This document shows positions 27,466 through 38,122 of a stretch of 64,000 nt of DNA, piece after piece. The notes under the pieces are model-generated. The model worked only from the letters and a program-made list of their open reading frames with translations, was not told the origin of the DNA and made no database searches. Made by a program: the position numbers and the translations under genes. The stretch lies in IMG/VR virus record IMGVR_UViG_3300029113_000198. One strand, written 5' to 3'. The stretch's first letter is position 1. Each line of letters opens with the position of its first letter. This DNA is from a virus.

Positions 27466-30400
27466 ATGTCAAGTAGTTTACACACGCACTCGAATTACAG
27501 TCTGCTAGATGGGTACTCTTCTCCTGAAGAAAATCTAAAAAGAGCATCAGAACTTGGTTTGAAGGCCGTTGCTATTACGGAGCATGGTGAGGTGACAAGC
27601 TGGCCGTACTACTCAGAACTAAAAGACAAGTATCCTAGCGTAAAACTTCTTTATGGTATTGAGGCATACGAGTGCGAGGACAGGGAAGTAAAGGACAAGA
27701 ACAGTAAATACTGGCACCTAATTATCATCGCAAAGAATGAGGCTGGCCGTCAGGCTGTTAATCGCTTGTCTACACTCGGTCATCTTCATGGCTTTTATAG
27801 CCGTCCTCGTATCACAAAAGAGGATATCGCTAAGGAAGATACAAATAATTTGATTATCCTGTCTGCTTGTTTGGCAAGTAGGCTATCCAAAACGGATGAT
27901 TATGACACTTGTGTCAAGCTGGTTCAAGAGTATAAGAATTTGTTTCCTCACTATTATCTTGAGGTTCAGGCTCACGCAAACAGTGAACAAGCAAAATATA
28001 ATCAGAAAATCATGCGGTTGGCAAACGACACTCATACAAAAGTAGTCGTCACAAACGATGTTCATGCTGCTACCAAAGAGGATCTTTATTATCAAGACTA
28101 TTTCCTTCGTATCGCACATGATACGGAAACTGCCGCAGAAATCTATGAAGGATGTTATTTCATGTCTCGTAAAGAGCAACATGAAGTTCTTGATAGTCAG
28201 ATTGGGTATGATGCAGCAGAATGGTGTATCAACAATACCGACGAGGTTGCCGACCTGTGTGATTATGTGGATATGCCTTGGCACGAACCTGAGCTTCCAA
28301 AGATTGAGATTCCGCCACAGTATTCCAACTCAGCAGCTTACCTGAAAGACCTTGTAAAAGAGGGATGGAAGAAGCGCGGTATTGAAAAGTTTGATGTAGA
28401 AAAACAGAAAATCTATCACAAACGTGTTGATGACGAGTTGTTTGTTATTGAGAAGAAAGACTTCTGTGACTATTTTTTGATTCTGGTTGATTACATCAAC
28501 TGGTGTAAGAAAAATGATGTTATTGTTGGCCCTGGGCGTGGTTCTGCTGCCGGCTCACTTGTGTGTTACCTGATTGGTATTACACAACTTGACTCCATCA
28601 AATATGAGCTTGATTTCGGACGATTCCTTACCATTGAACGAAAAGACCTTCCTGACGTTGACGTGGACGTCAGCGACCGTGCTAAGGTTGTCGAGTATCT
28701 GACGCAGAAGTACGGTGAAGACCGAGTGGTTCAAGTCATGAATATTGTGTACACCACTCCGGTTACCTCAATTCAGGATGTTGGTAAGGTACTAGGCTTC
28801 CCGTATGCTGAGATTAGAAAAATCAGCGAAAAGTTTGTTCAAAAAACATGGAAGGATTGTCTTGAAGCAAATCCAGAAGTGGCTGAGAATCCGAGATACA
28901 AAGAACTGCTTGATATTGCAAGTCATATCAATGGTCACCCACGAGGATATGGTATCCATGCTGGCGGTGTTATTGTTTGCCGACATCCTTATTACGAGTA
29001 TATCGGTATCCGGCATGGTACTGACGGAGAGCACGTTATTTCCGTTGATAAGGTGATGGACGAGAAGATTGGACTTGTTAAGTTTGATATTCTTGGTGTT
29101 GCGTCGCTGGTTGCCATTGATGAAGCGAAGCGTGAGGATAATATTCCAGACTGGGAAATTGATATCAACAATCCTGAGTTTGAGAACGACAAGGCAACTT
29201 ACGATTTGATTTGCTCCGGTAAGACAGACAATCTATTCCAGATTGAATCGTCCGGCATGAAGGATCTGGTTGCGCAACTTCAGCCTAGGTCGATTGAAGA
29301 GTTGTCTGCTCTGATTGCTCTTTATCGTCCTGATGCAATGCCGTCGATTCCTACATACGTTGATTGCAAGTATCATCCTGAACATATTCATTACTTTCAT
29401 CCTGATATGGAACCAATTTTCCGCAGTACCTATGGCGTGAACATCTATCAGGAACAGAGTATGAAGCTCACAAAGGTCTTTGGCGGTCGAAACGACGCCG
29501 GTGCTGACAGAATGCGTAAATGCTTGGCAAAGAAAAAGCCTGAGAAAGTCAAGGAAGAAGTCGAGCTTCTTCATGATGAGATTATTGCAAATGGATACGA
29601 CAAAGCGACCGCTGAGTACATTTGCAACGAGTTGTCAACGAAGGGCGGCTATGGTTTCAACGCCAGCCATTCTCAGGCATATGCTGTCATCTGCCTTCAA
29701 ACGGCATACTTAAAAGCACATCATCCACTTGCATTCTTTAAGGCTATGTTGAACCTGAATAAAGCAAAGGTTGGCAAGGTCAACAAGATTATGGTGGACG
29801 CACGCAGCTTTGATATTCAGACTCTTCCGCCGAGTATCAATCGTTCCGGCATGGACTTTACTGTATCGAATGGTAAAATCCTGTTTGGCTTATCTGCTAT
29901 CGGTGGTATTGGCGATACGCTTGCTGAAACTATCATTGCAGAACGAGATAGAAATGGAAAATTTAAGGGACTTGATGATTTCACGAATCGTGTCCGTGCA
30001 ACGAAGGCGCAGATCATTGCGCTGGTCAAGTCCGGTGCGATTCCTACGAAGAACAAACGAGTATTCTTGGAAAAGTACATTACCAGCGGTCTGGAACAAT
30101 CTGAGTTTAAGCCAGTCAGTACACTTCCTACCAAGGCAGTTTTGCTGAGTAAGTGGGGTATTGATACAGAGCATTATAAGGTTGGTAAGAAGGTTGATAA
30201 AGAAACCGTCTTGCGGATCTATAATGAAAAGCGCCGTGTCGTACATGAAACCGATAAGCTGAAAAAGAAAGAAGCGTATATGGCCGAGCAGACCACGAAA
30301 TATCTACAAGATGAAGAACTTTGGGAGTTCCAGACTTTGCAGACCTTTATCAGTGACCCGAATCCTTTCGAGAAGGCATTTGCTTATATCAAGGATTTCT

Positions 30401-30681
30401 CTGAAATCGAAGAAGGTGATTCTTGTGTACTGGTTGGTATTATCGCAAAGATTCAGAAGAAGAAAACGAAGACTGGTATGCAGTTTGCATTTGTAAATCT
30501 GTATTCCGGCGATGGTATCATTGAGCTGACCGTATGGCCGAGAATCTTGTCAGATTATCAGGATTTGATTGTAAAGGGAAGTCAGGTAGCTGTGCTTGGA
30601 AAGAAGGAAGATGAGTCGCACGTTATTGCAAATGATTTCAAACCTTACAAGAAGTGGCTGCATGATAGAGAGATAAAGTAA
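27466..30681 (+). CDS. dnaE: DNA polymerase III alpha subunit (DnaE-type) with N-terminal PHP domain
   Basis: HTHSNYSLLDGYSSPEE (PHP), GRGSAAGSLVCYLIGITQLD, NIYQEQSMKL, OB-fold C-terminus. 1071 aa. Confidence 0.85.
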   Translation: MSSSLHTHSNYSLLDGYSSPEENLKRASELGLKAVAITEHGEVTSWPYYSELKDKYPSVKLLYGIEAYECEDREVKDKNSKYWHLIIIAKNEAGRQAVNRLSTLGHLHGFYSRPRITKEDIAKEDTNNLIILSACLASRLSKTDDYDTCVKLVQEYKNLFPHYYLEVQAHANSEQAKYNQKIMRLANDTHTKVVVTNDVHAATKEDLYYQDYFLRIAHDTETAAEIYEGCYFMSRKEQHEVLDSQIGYDAAEWCINNTDEVADLCDYVDMPWHEPELPKIEIPPQYSNSAAYLKDLVKEGWKKRGIEKFDVEKQKIYHKRVDDELFVIEKKDFCDYFLILVDYINWCKKNDVIVGPGRGSAAGSLVCYLIGITQLDSIKYELDFGRFLTIERKDLPDVDVDVSDRAKVVEYLTQKYGEDRVVQVMNIVYTTPVTSIQDVGKVLGFPYAEIRKISEKFVQKTWKDCLEANPEVAENPRYKELLDIASHINGHPRGYGIHAGGVIVCRHPYYEYIGIRHGTDGEHVISVDKVMDEKIGLVKFDILGVASLVAIDEAKREDNIPDWEIDINNPEFENDKATYDLICSGKTDNLFQIESSGMKDLVAQLQPRSIEELSALIALYRPDAMPSIPTYVDCKYHPEHIHYFHPDMEPIFRSTYGVNIYQEQSMKLTKVFGGRNDAGADRMRKCLAKKKPEKVKEEVELLHDEIIANGYDKATAEYICNELSTKGGYGFNASHSQAYAVICLQTAYLKAHHPLAFFKAMLNLNKAKVGKVNKIMVDARSFDIQTLPPSINRSGMDFTVSNGKILFGLSAIGGIGDTLAETIIAERDRNGKFKGLDDFTNRVRATKAQIIALVKSGAIPTKNKRVFLEKYITSGLEQSEFKPVSTLPTKAVLLSKWGIDTEHYKVGKKVDKETVLRIYNEKRRVVHETDKLKKKEAYMAEQTTKYLQDEELWEFQTLQTFISDPNPFEKAFAYIKDFSEIEEGDSCVLVGIIAKIQKKKTKTGMQFAFVNLYSGDGIIELTVWPRILSDYQDLIVKGSQVAVLGKKEDESHVIANDFKPYKKWLHDREIK

Positions 30682-30911
30682 TGAATGGTGTTTTATATAC
30701 TATTGACGGAGAGGTTGTTTGTGAGCTTCCTATGTTTAAAATTGATTGGTACAAAGATAAAACTGTAATTAAGATACATTGTACGAATTGTTGCGTCGTT
30801 AGAAAAGTTCAGAAGTGGAAGTTTGACTGCGCAGAACAATGCGAGCGTACCACAAAATGGTTTTATTGCAGAGTGTGCGGAGGACTGACAGAATTTAGAT
30901 TAGGTGCATAA
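30681..30911 (+). CDS. Small Cys-rich protein
   Basis: CTNCC...CRVCG in 76 aa, start overlaps dnaE stop. Confidence 0.3.
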   Translation: MNGVLYTIDGEVVCELPMFKIDWYKDKTVIKIHCTNCCVVRKVQKWKFDCAEQCERTTKWFYCRVCGGLTEFRLGA

Positions 30912-30926
30912 TAAGAGGGTTGTAAA

Positions 30927-33257
30927 GTGGCAGATAAGAAATTTAATGAAAATATGATTCGTTGCTACATTAGGATAAAACGAGTCTTTTATCCGAAAGA
31001 TGGGAGGGAGGTGGAGCCCGGCGGCTTCGCCACTTTCTCTGCCGAGGTGGTAAAAGTCAAGCAGGGAAATCCTATCATGAGTCGATATAGTGACCTCCGA
31101 CTGAAGGGCAATGTCCCTAGTCTTGATATGAATAAAACTTATTCGTTCTGTGGTGAGTATGTTCATCATGAAAAGTTTGGTGATCAGTACAAAATCATCT
31201 ACATGAATGAGTTTCAAGAGATCACTGACCCGGAAGAACAAAAAAGCTTTCTCCGTTTTATTTTGACCGATCATCAGTTTGAGATGCTTTATGAAGCATT
31301 CGATAATCCGTATGAAGTTATCAAGAATGGTGACATCAAGGCTCTTTGTACTATTAGCGGTATTACGGAAGGTCGAGCACAAAAGATCATTGACTCTTTT
31401 GAACGCAACATTGATAACAGTGAAGCGTACACAAAACTGATTGAGTACGGTCTGACTCCCAGTGCTATTGAAAAGCTTGTTCGTCAGTATCACGGTGCAG
31501 ACATTCTGGTAAAAAAGATTGAGGAGAATCCTTACGTCCTGATTGATGATGTGTATGGTATCGGCTGGAAAAAAGCTGACGCTATTGCTTTGAATATGGG
31601 CTTAAAGCACAATTCGCAATTTAGAATCGAAGCTTACGTCATGCATTTTCTTGCTGCTCGTGCCGAAGAAGGTAACTCTATTATCCCGGCAAACCAGACA
31701 ATCAATAGCTGTATTAAGGAACTTGATTTGAACGAGGGTGATCAAGAAGTCATCAAAAGGGCACTTTTCCATTTACATGATGTCCGTGAAACGCTTTGGT
31801 GGAGTGATGACCGTCAGGAATTTGCTTTAACTAGAGTGTGGAATCTTGAAGATAAAATCGCAAAGGAAATCAAGCGACTGGCGGATGCACCTGTTGAGCC
31901 GATTGGTCGAAACATGGATGCTGCAATCAATGAAGCCGGGAATGCGCTTGGCATCGAGTATACTGAGGAGCAAAGAGATGCTATTAAAAAGGTATGCTCT
32001 AGCAACGTCTGTATCTTAACAGGCTACGGCGGAACTGGTAAAAGTACCGTTGTCGCTGGTGTTTTAAAGGTTCTTCGTGGCAAGTCTTTCGCTCAGACTG
32101 CACTTTCTGGTCGTGCCGCAGCTCGTATGCAGGAGATTACTGGTCAGGATGGAAAGACCATTCACCGTCTTCTTGGCTACGACATCGAGAATGGTGGTTT
32201 CATCCATAACAAGGACAATCCTCTTGAAGAAGACATTATCATTCTGGATGAGACCTCTATGGTTGGAGCTCAGTTATTCTATGACTTGATTCAGACAATC
32301 GAGACCGGCAAGCGATTCATCATGATTGGTGATGACGGCCAGCTTGAGAGTATTGGTATGTGTAACATCTTCAAGGATATGCTTGCATCTAAGGTTGTTC
32401 CTGTGGCTCGTTTGACTAAGATCCATCGTCAGGCAGCTAAGTCTGCAATTATCACGGAAAGCATTAAGGTTCGTAACGCTACGCAGTTGGTGCCTTATGG
32501 CTGGGCTGGTAGTGAGATTCGTGGTGAACTTCGTGATTTGGAGCTTGATATCTATAAAGACGCAAGTGAGTCATTCAACCACATCATCAATCAGTACCGT
32601 ACCTTATATAATAAGGTAGGGAATGATAGTGCGAAGATTCAGATTGTACTTCCACAGAAGCTGCGTGGCAGTATCTGCACATACGAAGTTAATAATGCTA
32701 TTCAGGAAATTGTGAATCCGAGTCGTGGTCAAGCAGAAGCAAAGGTTACAATCTATGGTGATGGCAAGGATAGGGTGTATACTCTGCGTGAGGGCGATCA
32801 GGTTATTATCAACAAGAATAACTATGAGCTTCACACATACAATCTCAAGACAAAGAAAAAGGAAGAGAAGTGTCCGGTGTTCAATGGAAACCGTGGCATT
32901 ATCCGAAAGATTGAGAGTAGTTTTATTCTGGTTGATTTTGACCAGTGGGGAACGATCTTCATTCCTCATTACTTTGGTGGGAATAACATCTGGGCAACAC
33001 TTGAACTTGCTTATGCTTTGAGTTGTCATAAACTGCAGGGCAGTGAGGCTCCGTATGTGATTGTTGGTATGGACAACTCTGCATACTTGATGCTGACGAG
33101 AGAATGGCTCTATACGGCCATCACTCGTGCCAAGAAGTATTGTGTGATTTGCGCCGAAACTCATGCTCTTGATCGGGCTGTAAAGACTTCGAGAGTGCCA
33201 TACAAGCGGACGTTCCTGAAGGAATTTTTACGGAAAGAATTTGCAGAAAAGCATTGA
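30927..33257 (+). CDS. RecD-like SF1 DNA helicase (AAA_30 / RecD2 type)
   Basis: Walker A LTGYGGTGKSTVV, Walker B IIILDETSMV, HKLQGSEAPYVIV, LYTAITRAKKY. 776 aa, GTG start. Confidence 0.75.
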   Translation: MADKKFNENMIRCYIRIKRVFYPKDGREVEPGGFATFSAEVVKVKQGNPIMSRYSDLRLKGNVPSLDMNKTYSFCGEYVHHEKFGDQYKIIYMNEFQEITDPEEQKSFLRFILTDHQFEMLYEAFDNPYEVIKNGDIKALCTISGITEGRAQKIIDSFERNIDNSEAYTKLIEYGLTPSAIEKLVRQYHGADILVKKIEENPYVLIDDVYGIGWKKADAIALNMGLKHNSQFRIEAYVMHFLAARAEEGNSIIPANQTINSCIKELDLNEGDQEVIKRALFHLHDVRETLWWSDDRQEFALTRVWNLEDKIAKEIKRLADAPVEPIGRNMDAAINEAGNALGIEYTEEQRDAIKKVCSSNVCILTGYGGTGKSTVVAGVLKVLRGKSFAQTALSGRAAARMQEITGQDGKTIHRLLGYDIENGGFIHNKDNPLEEDIIILDETSMVGAQLFYDLIQTIETGKRFIMIGDDGQLESIGMCNIFKDMLASKVVPVARLTKIHRQAAKSAIITESIKVRNATQLVPYGWAGSEIRGELRDLELDIYKDASESFNHIINQYRTLYNKVGNDSAKIQIVLPQKLRGSICTYEVNNAIQEIVNPSRGQAEAKVTIYGDGKDRVYTLREGDQVIINKNNYELHTYNLKTKKKEEKCPVFNGNRGIIRKIESSFILVDFDQWGTIFIPHYFGGNNIWATLELAYALSCHKLQGSEAPYVIVGMDNSAYLMLTREWLYTAITRAKKYCVICAETHALDRAVKTSRVPYKRTFLKEFLRKEFAEKH

Positions 33258-33282
33258 CAATTATGTGAGTATCCTGTATAAT
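33254..33282 (+). promoter_or_regulatory. Perfect consensus promoter TTGACA-17-TATAAT containing inverted motif copy e
   Basis: TTGACA 33254-59, TATAAT 33277-82, spacer 17 bp; GTATCCTGTATAATATAGTTAT 33269-33290. Confidence 0.7.
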
Positions 33283-33327
33283 ATAGTTATAAAAAGTCTC
33301 CATCCCGGAGGCTTAAAATTCTCTCTT

Positions 33328-33348
33328 TAACTATATAATACAGGATAC
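33328..33348 (+). promoter_or_regulatory. Conserved phage motif copy f (AACTATATAATACAGGATAC)
   Basis: Between promoter e and a hairpin+T-run at 33352-33392. Confidence 0.55.
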
Positions 33349-33351
33349 GGG

Positions 33352-33392
33352 AAAGAAATGGCTTGCTCGTAACGACAAGCCTTTCTTTATTA
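33352..33392 (+). terminator. Hairpin followed by T-run (possible terminator of a short transcript from promoter e)
   Basis: GAAAGAAATGGCTTG-ctcgtaacga-CAAGCCTTTCTTTATT. Confidence 0.45.
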
Positions 33393-33417
33393 GCTATAAC
33401 TATATAACACAGGATAC
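33391..33417 (+). promoter_or_regulatory. Conserved phage motif copy g (TAGCTATAACTATATAACACAGGATAC)
   Basis: Immediately upstream of AAGGAGG RBS and ligase start 33431. Confidence 0.55.
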
Positions 33418-33430
33418 GCAAGGAGGCTTT

Positions 33431-34762
33431 ATGACAGATAAAGAGCTCATAGGTAAGCTTGATGCGATGGTTAAGGCATTGCAGAAAGCAAAGAAAAAGA
33501 CGGACAAGACCCGCATTTTGTTGGATGCACGTAAGGATTTTGGAGATGAAGCTGACGAGCTAATGGCATTCTTCAAATTCCTGCTTGACCCAGCGATTGT
33601 GACTGGCCTGTCTGATGCAAAGATCAACAAGAAGGTAACGGCAAAGCCTGATATCGATATTCAGTATCTCAGCTGCGGATACCTTTATATTATGGGTGCT
33701 GGGCATAATACTGGCTCTGATGCATCCATTGTAACAATCCAGAATTATTTACATAAAAATCCTGAATACGAAGAGTTTCTGAAGCGACTGTTCACTAAGA
33801 ACTTGCCGATTGGAGTCGAGGCAGCGACCATCAATAAAGTGTACGGCGAAGAGATTATTCCAGTCTGGGAGGTCCAGCAGGGATATCCGATTGATAAGGT
33901 AAAGCTGAAGGATGGCATTTGGTTCAGTTTGAGCCAGAAGATGAATGGCAATAGGGGGACTCTATATCGTGGAGATTTAATTTCTCGTCAGGCACAGAAA
34001 TTTGAAGGTCTTGACCATATTAAGAATGACCTGCTCTCTTTGTATGATGGCGATGCGACGAGGCGAGATTCTTTGGTATTTGACGGAGAACTTATCTACA
34101 AGAATCCCGAAGGAATGTCGGACGGAGAGGCGTTTCGTTTCGGAACTGGCCTACTTAATTCTGACAACAAGGACAAGACTGAAATCAAATTTGTGATTTT
34201 TGATGTGATTCCTGTTGTAGAGTTCGACCGTGGGAAATGCGCGGTTCCGTATCGGACGCGCCGTGAATGGTTAAATTGTCTTCGCGCAGAGATTACTCGC
34301 AAGAACCTTGAAAACATCGAAATTGTTCCAATGGTATATGAAGGTACTGACCAGAGTGTGATCCCGAAGTGGCTTGATTATGCTGTCGAACATGATTGGG
34401 AAGGTCTTATGTTGAACACGGACGTCCCTTACCGCCGGACTCGTCACAATGGTTGTCTCAAGATTAAGCGTTTTTACACTGTTGACCTGCGAATCACCGC
34501 AATCGAGGAAGGTCAGAACCGTCTGGCTGACACGATGGGAGCTCTCGTTGTGGATTACAAGGGTAATGTGCTTCGCATTGGCTCTGGCTTTGATGATGCT
34601 ACGAGAGCTGCTGTGTGGGCAAATCCTGATAATTACATCGGTAAGATTGTGGAATGTAAGTACAAAGAGGTCACGATGGACAAAAAGACTGGCCTTGAGT
34701 CGCTGCAATTCCCGACATTTGTACGATTCCGAAATGATAAAAATGAAGTGAGCTACGGCTAA
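33431..34762 (+). CDS. ATP-dependent DNA ligase (T7-like, NTase + OB domains)
   Basis: Motif I KMNGNRG, III FDGELIY, IV WEGLMLN, V LKIKRF, VI-like C-terminus LQFPTFVRFRNDKNE. 443 aa. Confidence 0.7.
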   Translation: MTDKELIGKLDAMVKALQKAKKKTDKTRILLDARKDFGDEADELMAFFKFLLDPAIVTGLSDAKINKKVTAKPDIDIQYLSCGYLYIMGAGHNTGSDASIVTIQNYLHKNPEYEEFLKRLFTKNLPIGVEAATINKVYGEEIIPVWEVQQGYPIDKVKLKDGIWFSLSQKMNGNRGTLYRGDLISRQAQKFEGLDHIKNDLLSLYDGDATRRDSLVFDGELIYKNPEGMSDGEAFRFGTGLLNSDNKDKTEIKFVIFDVIPVVEFDRGKCAVPYRTRREWLNCLRAEITRKNLENIEIVPMVYEGTDQSVIPKWLDYAVEHDWEGLMLNTDVPYRRTRHNGCLKIKRFYTVDLRITAIEEGQNRLADTMGALVVDYKGNVLRIGSGFDDATRAAVWANPDNYIGKIVECKYKEVTMDKKTGLESLQFPTFVRFRNDKNEVSYG

Positions 34763-36920
34763 GGAGAAAGCTATGAATCTTTCCAAGAAGTCCATTAAAC
34801 ATATTCTTCGGATTCTTGATAACAAATGCGTCGAGGTTCCTCCAAAGACATCCGCTTATAACAGCAGTGGATGTAGAATTTTGACTCGTGATTTTGAGCC
34901 AAAGGAGTCACACGGAATGAATGGCTGGCAACGGATCGTCTATGTACCGTCTGAAGGATATTTCTACGGAATTTATAACGGAAAATCGGAAGAAGATTGG
35001 GATATTCCAGATATCTGGTCTCCTGCACAGCTTGCTGATTTGTGAGGTTTTATAATGTTTATTTTAACGCAGCATCGAGCCGAAATTGTTGATACCAGTA
35101 AATGTTTTGGAATTTGCATTGTAGACGATACGACAGTTATTAGAGCGTATTGCAATGATACAAGTAACTGGATAATGCTTGGTTTCTACAAAACAAGAGA
35201 ACGAGCAAAAGAAGTAATTCAAGAGATTAACGTTGCTCTTTGTGAGAACCGTGTTAGTTTTGATATGCCGGAGGATTAAAATGCTACTTTTAACGCTAGA
35301 TGGAGAGATTATAAATCTTGACCGCATGGCAATCATTGATACCGCAAGCCTTAATGTTTATGCAAGGCAGGGCATGGGTGAGCGTGGAATTGTTCTTGGC
35401 AGCTATAACTCCGAAAGTAGATGCTATGACGTTATTGCAAATATTTTTGACTGCTATCGAAAAAATGAGAAAGCATACATAATGCCAAAATGAATGATTT
35501 TAAAAAACTAGCTATCCCAAAGAAAGAACGACTTGAAGTTCAACTTACGGATGGCACAGAAGAGCACAATATATTGTACATAATCACATCTCTAGCCACT
35601 ATTAAAGGTGCTGAGATTTTTAAAAATTTTCGTTTGTATTCTGTAGGCTCCGCCGGGGAGCTCAACTTATTAGAGAAGCGAGACGGCGATCCCTACTTTG
35701 ATAAGCTGAAAGGAACAGAATATGAGTAATTCGATGAATCGAGAAGACCGGCGCAGAGAGCAGCGTAAGGCACGAATCCTTGCCCGGCGAATCAAAAAGG
35801 CCGGTGGTCCCGACTTTCTGGCTGGAATGCCCGCAGAGGAATGGGAGCCAAAGATTGGTGATGAGGTCACCATTAAGGTAAAGCGGATTCAAGGAAAGAA
35901 GGATTTCTTTAAGATGAGTTCTCAGTATCAGGACTTTATCAATAGCCTTGAAGACGGAAAGCCTTACAAGATTACCAGCACCGGCATGAAGGGGCAGGTT
36001 TACGGCATTGACGCACATCCTTATTTCCAGATTTGGAAGGGTGATATGGAACCCTACAAGGAGTCCTAATGAGGATGTACTTCAGAACGGATTATTATGC
36101 TTGTTACTGCGTGGAGTGCTTGAATCAAGTCATTTTAATGCGAAAAGGTTATTTTTATGATGTGATAGGTGAGGCGGATACTTTTTATCTTGTATGTACA
36201 GATAAAGGTGACCCATTTCCACAACCATTTAATATCGTAAAAATTCTCAAAGAAGATCTTGAAGATGACGTATATGTCGTGACTGGCAAGAGTAAAAAAC
36301 TTGAGGAAGGAGGTGGGGCGATATGATTGGTATTGACCATCGTGAGCAGGGTCGTAAGGAACGAGCCCTTGCAGAATATTACAGAACCTTGGCTCGATAT
36401 CCTACCGAGTGTGGAGAACCGATTACATATCAGTTGTCCGATGAGCAACTTAAACAGGTTCTCTGTGGGAAGGTTACTGTTGATGAATTGATTGGAAGAG
36501 GTGAGGTAAGTGAGAGACAGGATTAAGATGTGGATCGCTTTTATTAAGATTTTTAAGGATTATCTTATTGCGGTCGGAATCATGATTGTGTTGTGGCTGC
36601 TGTCTTGCCTTATCAAGTATGGGATTTCAGTATCCAACTTCCCAGATTGGTTTAAGTTTGCACTTCTAAAGTAATGGAGGATTGAATGGTAACCGATATT
36701 CTTAATAGAGAGATTCATGTTGGCGACACAGTTCTTAGAGCTAGAACTCGAAATGGTCGCGGAGTTCTTTGGAGCATTCGTAAAGTTGTCTCAATTATGA
36801 ACGTAATGATTAAAGTTCAAGACGGAAAGTACACAACGAATGTTGCACCTAGGAATTGTATCGTAATTGACGAGAGTGACATTCCTGAAAACTGGCAGGA
36901 CGAATATTAAGGAGAGTTGA

Positions 36921-37637
36921 ATGATTGTTGATTTGATCGCGTACACACAGCGAGTTGTTCCTACAAGTGATAAGAATCCTTTAGATATTGTGGAGGAAGC
37001 TGCGAGTATTTGTTACGATTCTTCAATGACTGACGATTATAAGATTGCCAAGGGATGTAAGGCAAGCGGTCACTATTCTGTGCTTGAACACATCAACTTT
37101 ACGTTCTACGTCAAAGATGTAAGTCGAGCACTTCTGGCACAGATTAGTCGTCATCGACATATTAGCATGAGCTGCCGCAGCCAGCGTTATTGCAGCGAGG
37201 ATGGATTCAAGTATGTGAACCCGTTTACCGGTGAAGATGCTGATGTTTTCGATAATATGATGTCGGACATTGATACCGATTATCAGATTCTCAAGAAGTA
37301 TCACAACGCCAAAAATGAAGACGCCCGTGCAGTTCTGCCAAATGCTTGCTGTACAGAATTTTACATTACGATGAACGCTCGTGCTTTGATTGAGATGAGT
37401 CATCTTCGACTTTGTTCTAGGGCTCAAAAAGAAATCCGCGAGATGTTTACAGAAATGAAGAAGGAAGTTGCACAGGTTTGTCCTGAAGTAGCAAATTGGA
37501 TGGTTCCTTCCTGTGAGGCTAATCCGAAGTATCCGTTCTGCCCAGAAGGTCGTGGCTGCTGTGGCCGTCATCCTCGGTTGGCAGATGTTTATAAGCCTAT
37601 TGAAAAAAACAAGGAGGTTATTGATGCAAACACTTGA
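36921..37637 (+). CDS. thyX: Flavin-dependent thymidylate synthase ThyX
   Basis: ThyX signature RHRHISMSCRSQRY (RHRx7S...RY) plus upstream HYSVLEH. 238 aa. Confidence 0.85.
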   Translation: MIVDLIAYTQRVVPTSDKNPLDIVEEAASICYDSSMTDDYKIAKGCKASGHYSVLEHINFTFYVKDVSRALLAQISRHRHISMSCRSQRYCSEDGFKYVNPFTGEDADVFDNMMSDIDTDYQILKKYHNAKNEDARAVLPNACCTEFYITMNARALIEMSHLRLCSRAQKEIREMFTEMKKEVAQVCPEVANWMVPSCEANPKYPFCPEGRGCCGRHPRLADVYKPIEKNKEVIDANT

Positions 37638-38109
37638 CGAAATTAAGAAGAACGTCGAGCACCCGTCTTATTACGGCGGTGCAGACAATCCCTATGAGGC
37701 TATCAAAGTGCTGCGAGAGTGGCAACTGGACAAGGATGCTTATCTTTGGAATGTTGGTAAGTATTTGAGCCGGGCAGGACACAAAGATGGCAATTCTAAG
37801 CTTCAAGATTTGATGAAGGCACGTAAGTATTTGGACTATAAAATCCGGCTTTTAGAGGAGCAACAGAAGATTGCTGAAAGTGTCGTAGATACGCTAAAGA
37901 AGATTCCTGATGAGACTAATGATAAGCTGACTACGATGCCAAAGAAGGACATTAACGATTATTTTTATAATCCAAATCTCGGCGGTGTCTGCCATGATTT
38001 GGTTTATCGCCCTAATGATCCATTCAAAGAAAAGTTGGCAAAAGCAGAGCCGACGTGCAGTATTGAGACTGCTGTGGTTCCTGATTGTGCCGATGAGGTC
38101 AAGTTTTAA
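37624..38109 (+). CDS. DUF3310-like phage protein (start adjusted to ATG 37624 after AAGGAGG)
   Basis: HPSYYGGADNPYEAIKVLREW...WNVGKYLSRAGHKDG matches the HP..Y / W pattern recalled for DUF3310 phage proteins. Confidence 0.4.
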   Translation: MQTLDEIKKNVEHPSYYGGADNPYEAIKVLREWQLDKDAYLWNVGKYLSRAGHKDGNSKLQDLMKARKYLDYKIRLLEEQQKIAESVVDTLKKIPDETNDKLTTMPKKDINDYFYNPNLGGVCHDLVYRPNDPFKEKLAKAEPTCSIETAVVPDCADEVKF

Positions 38110-38122
38110 GAGGTTTACATAA

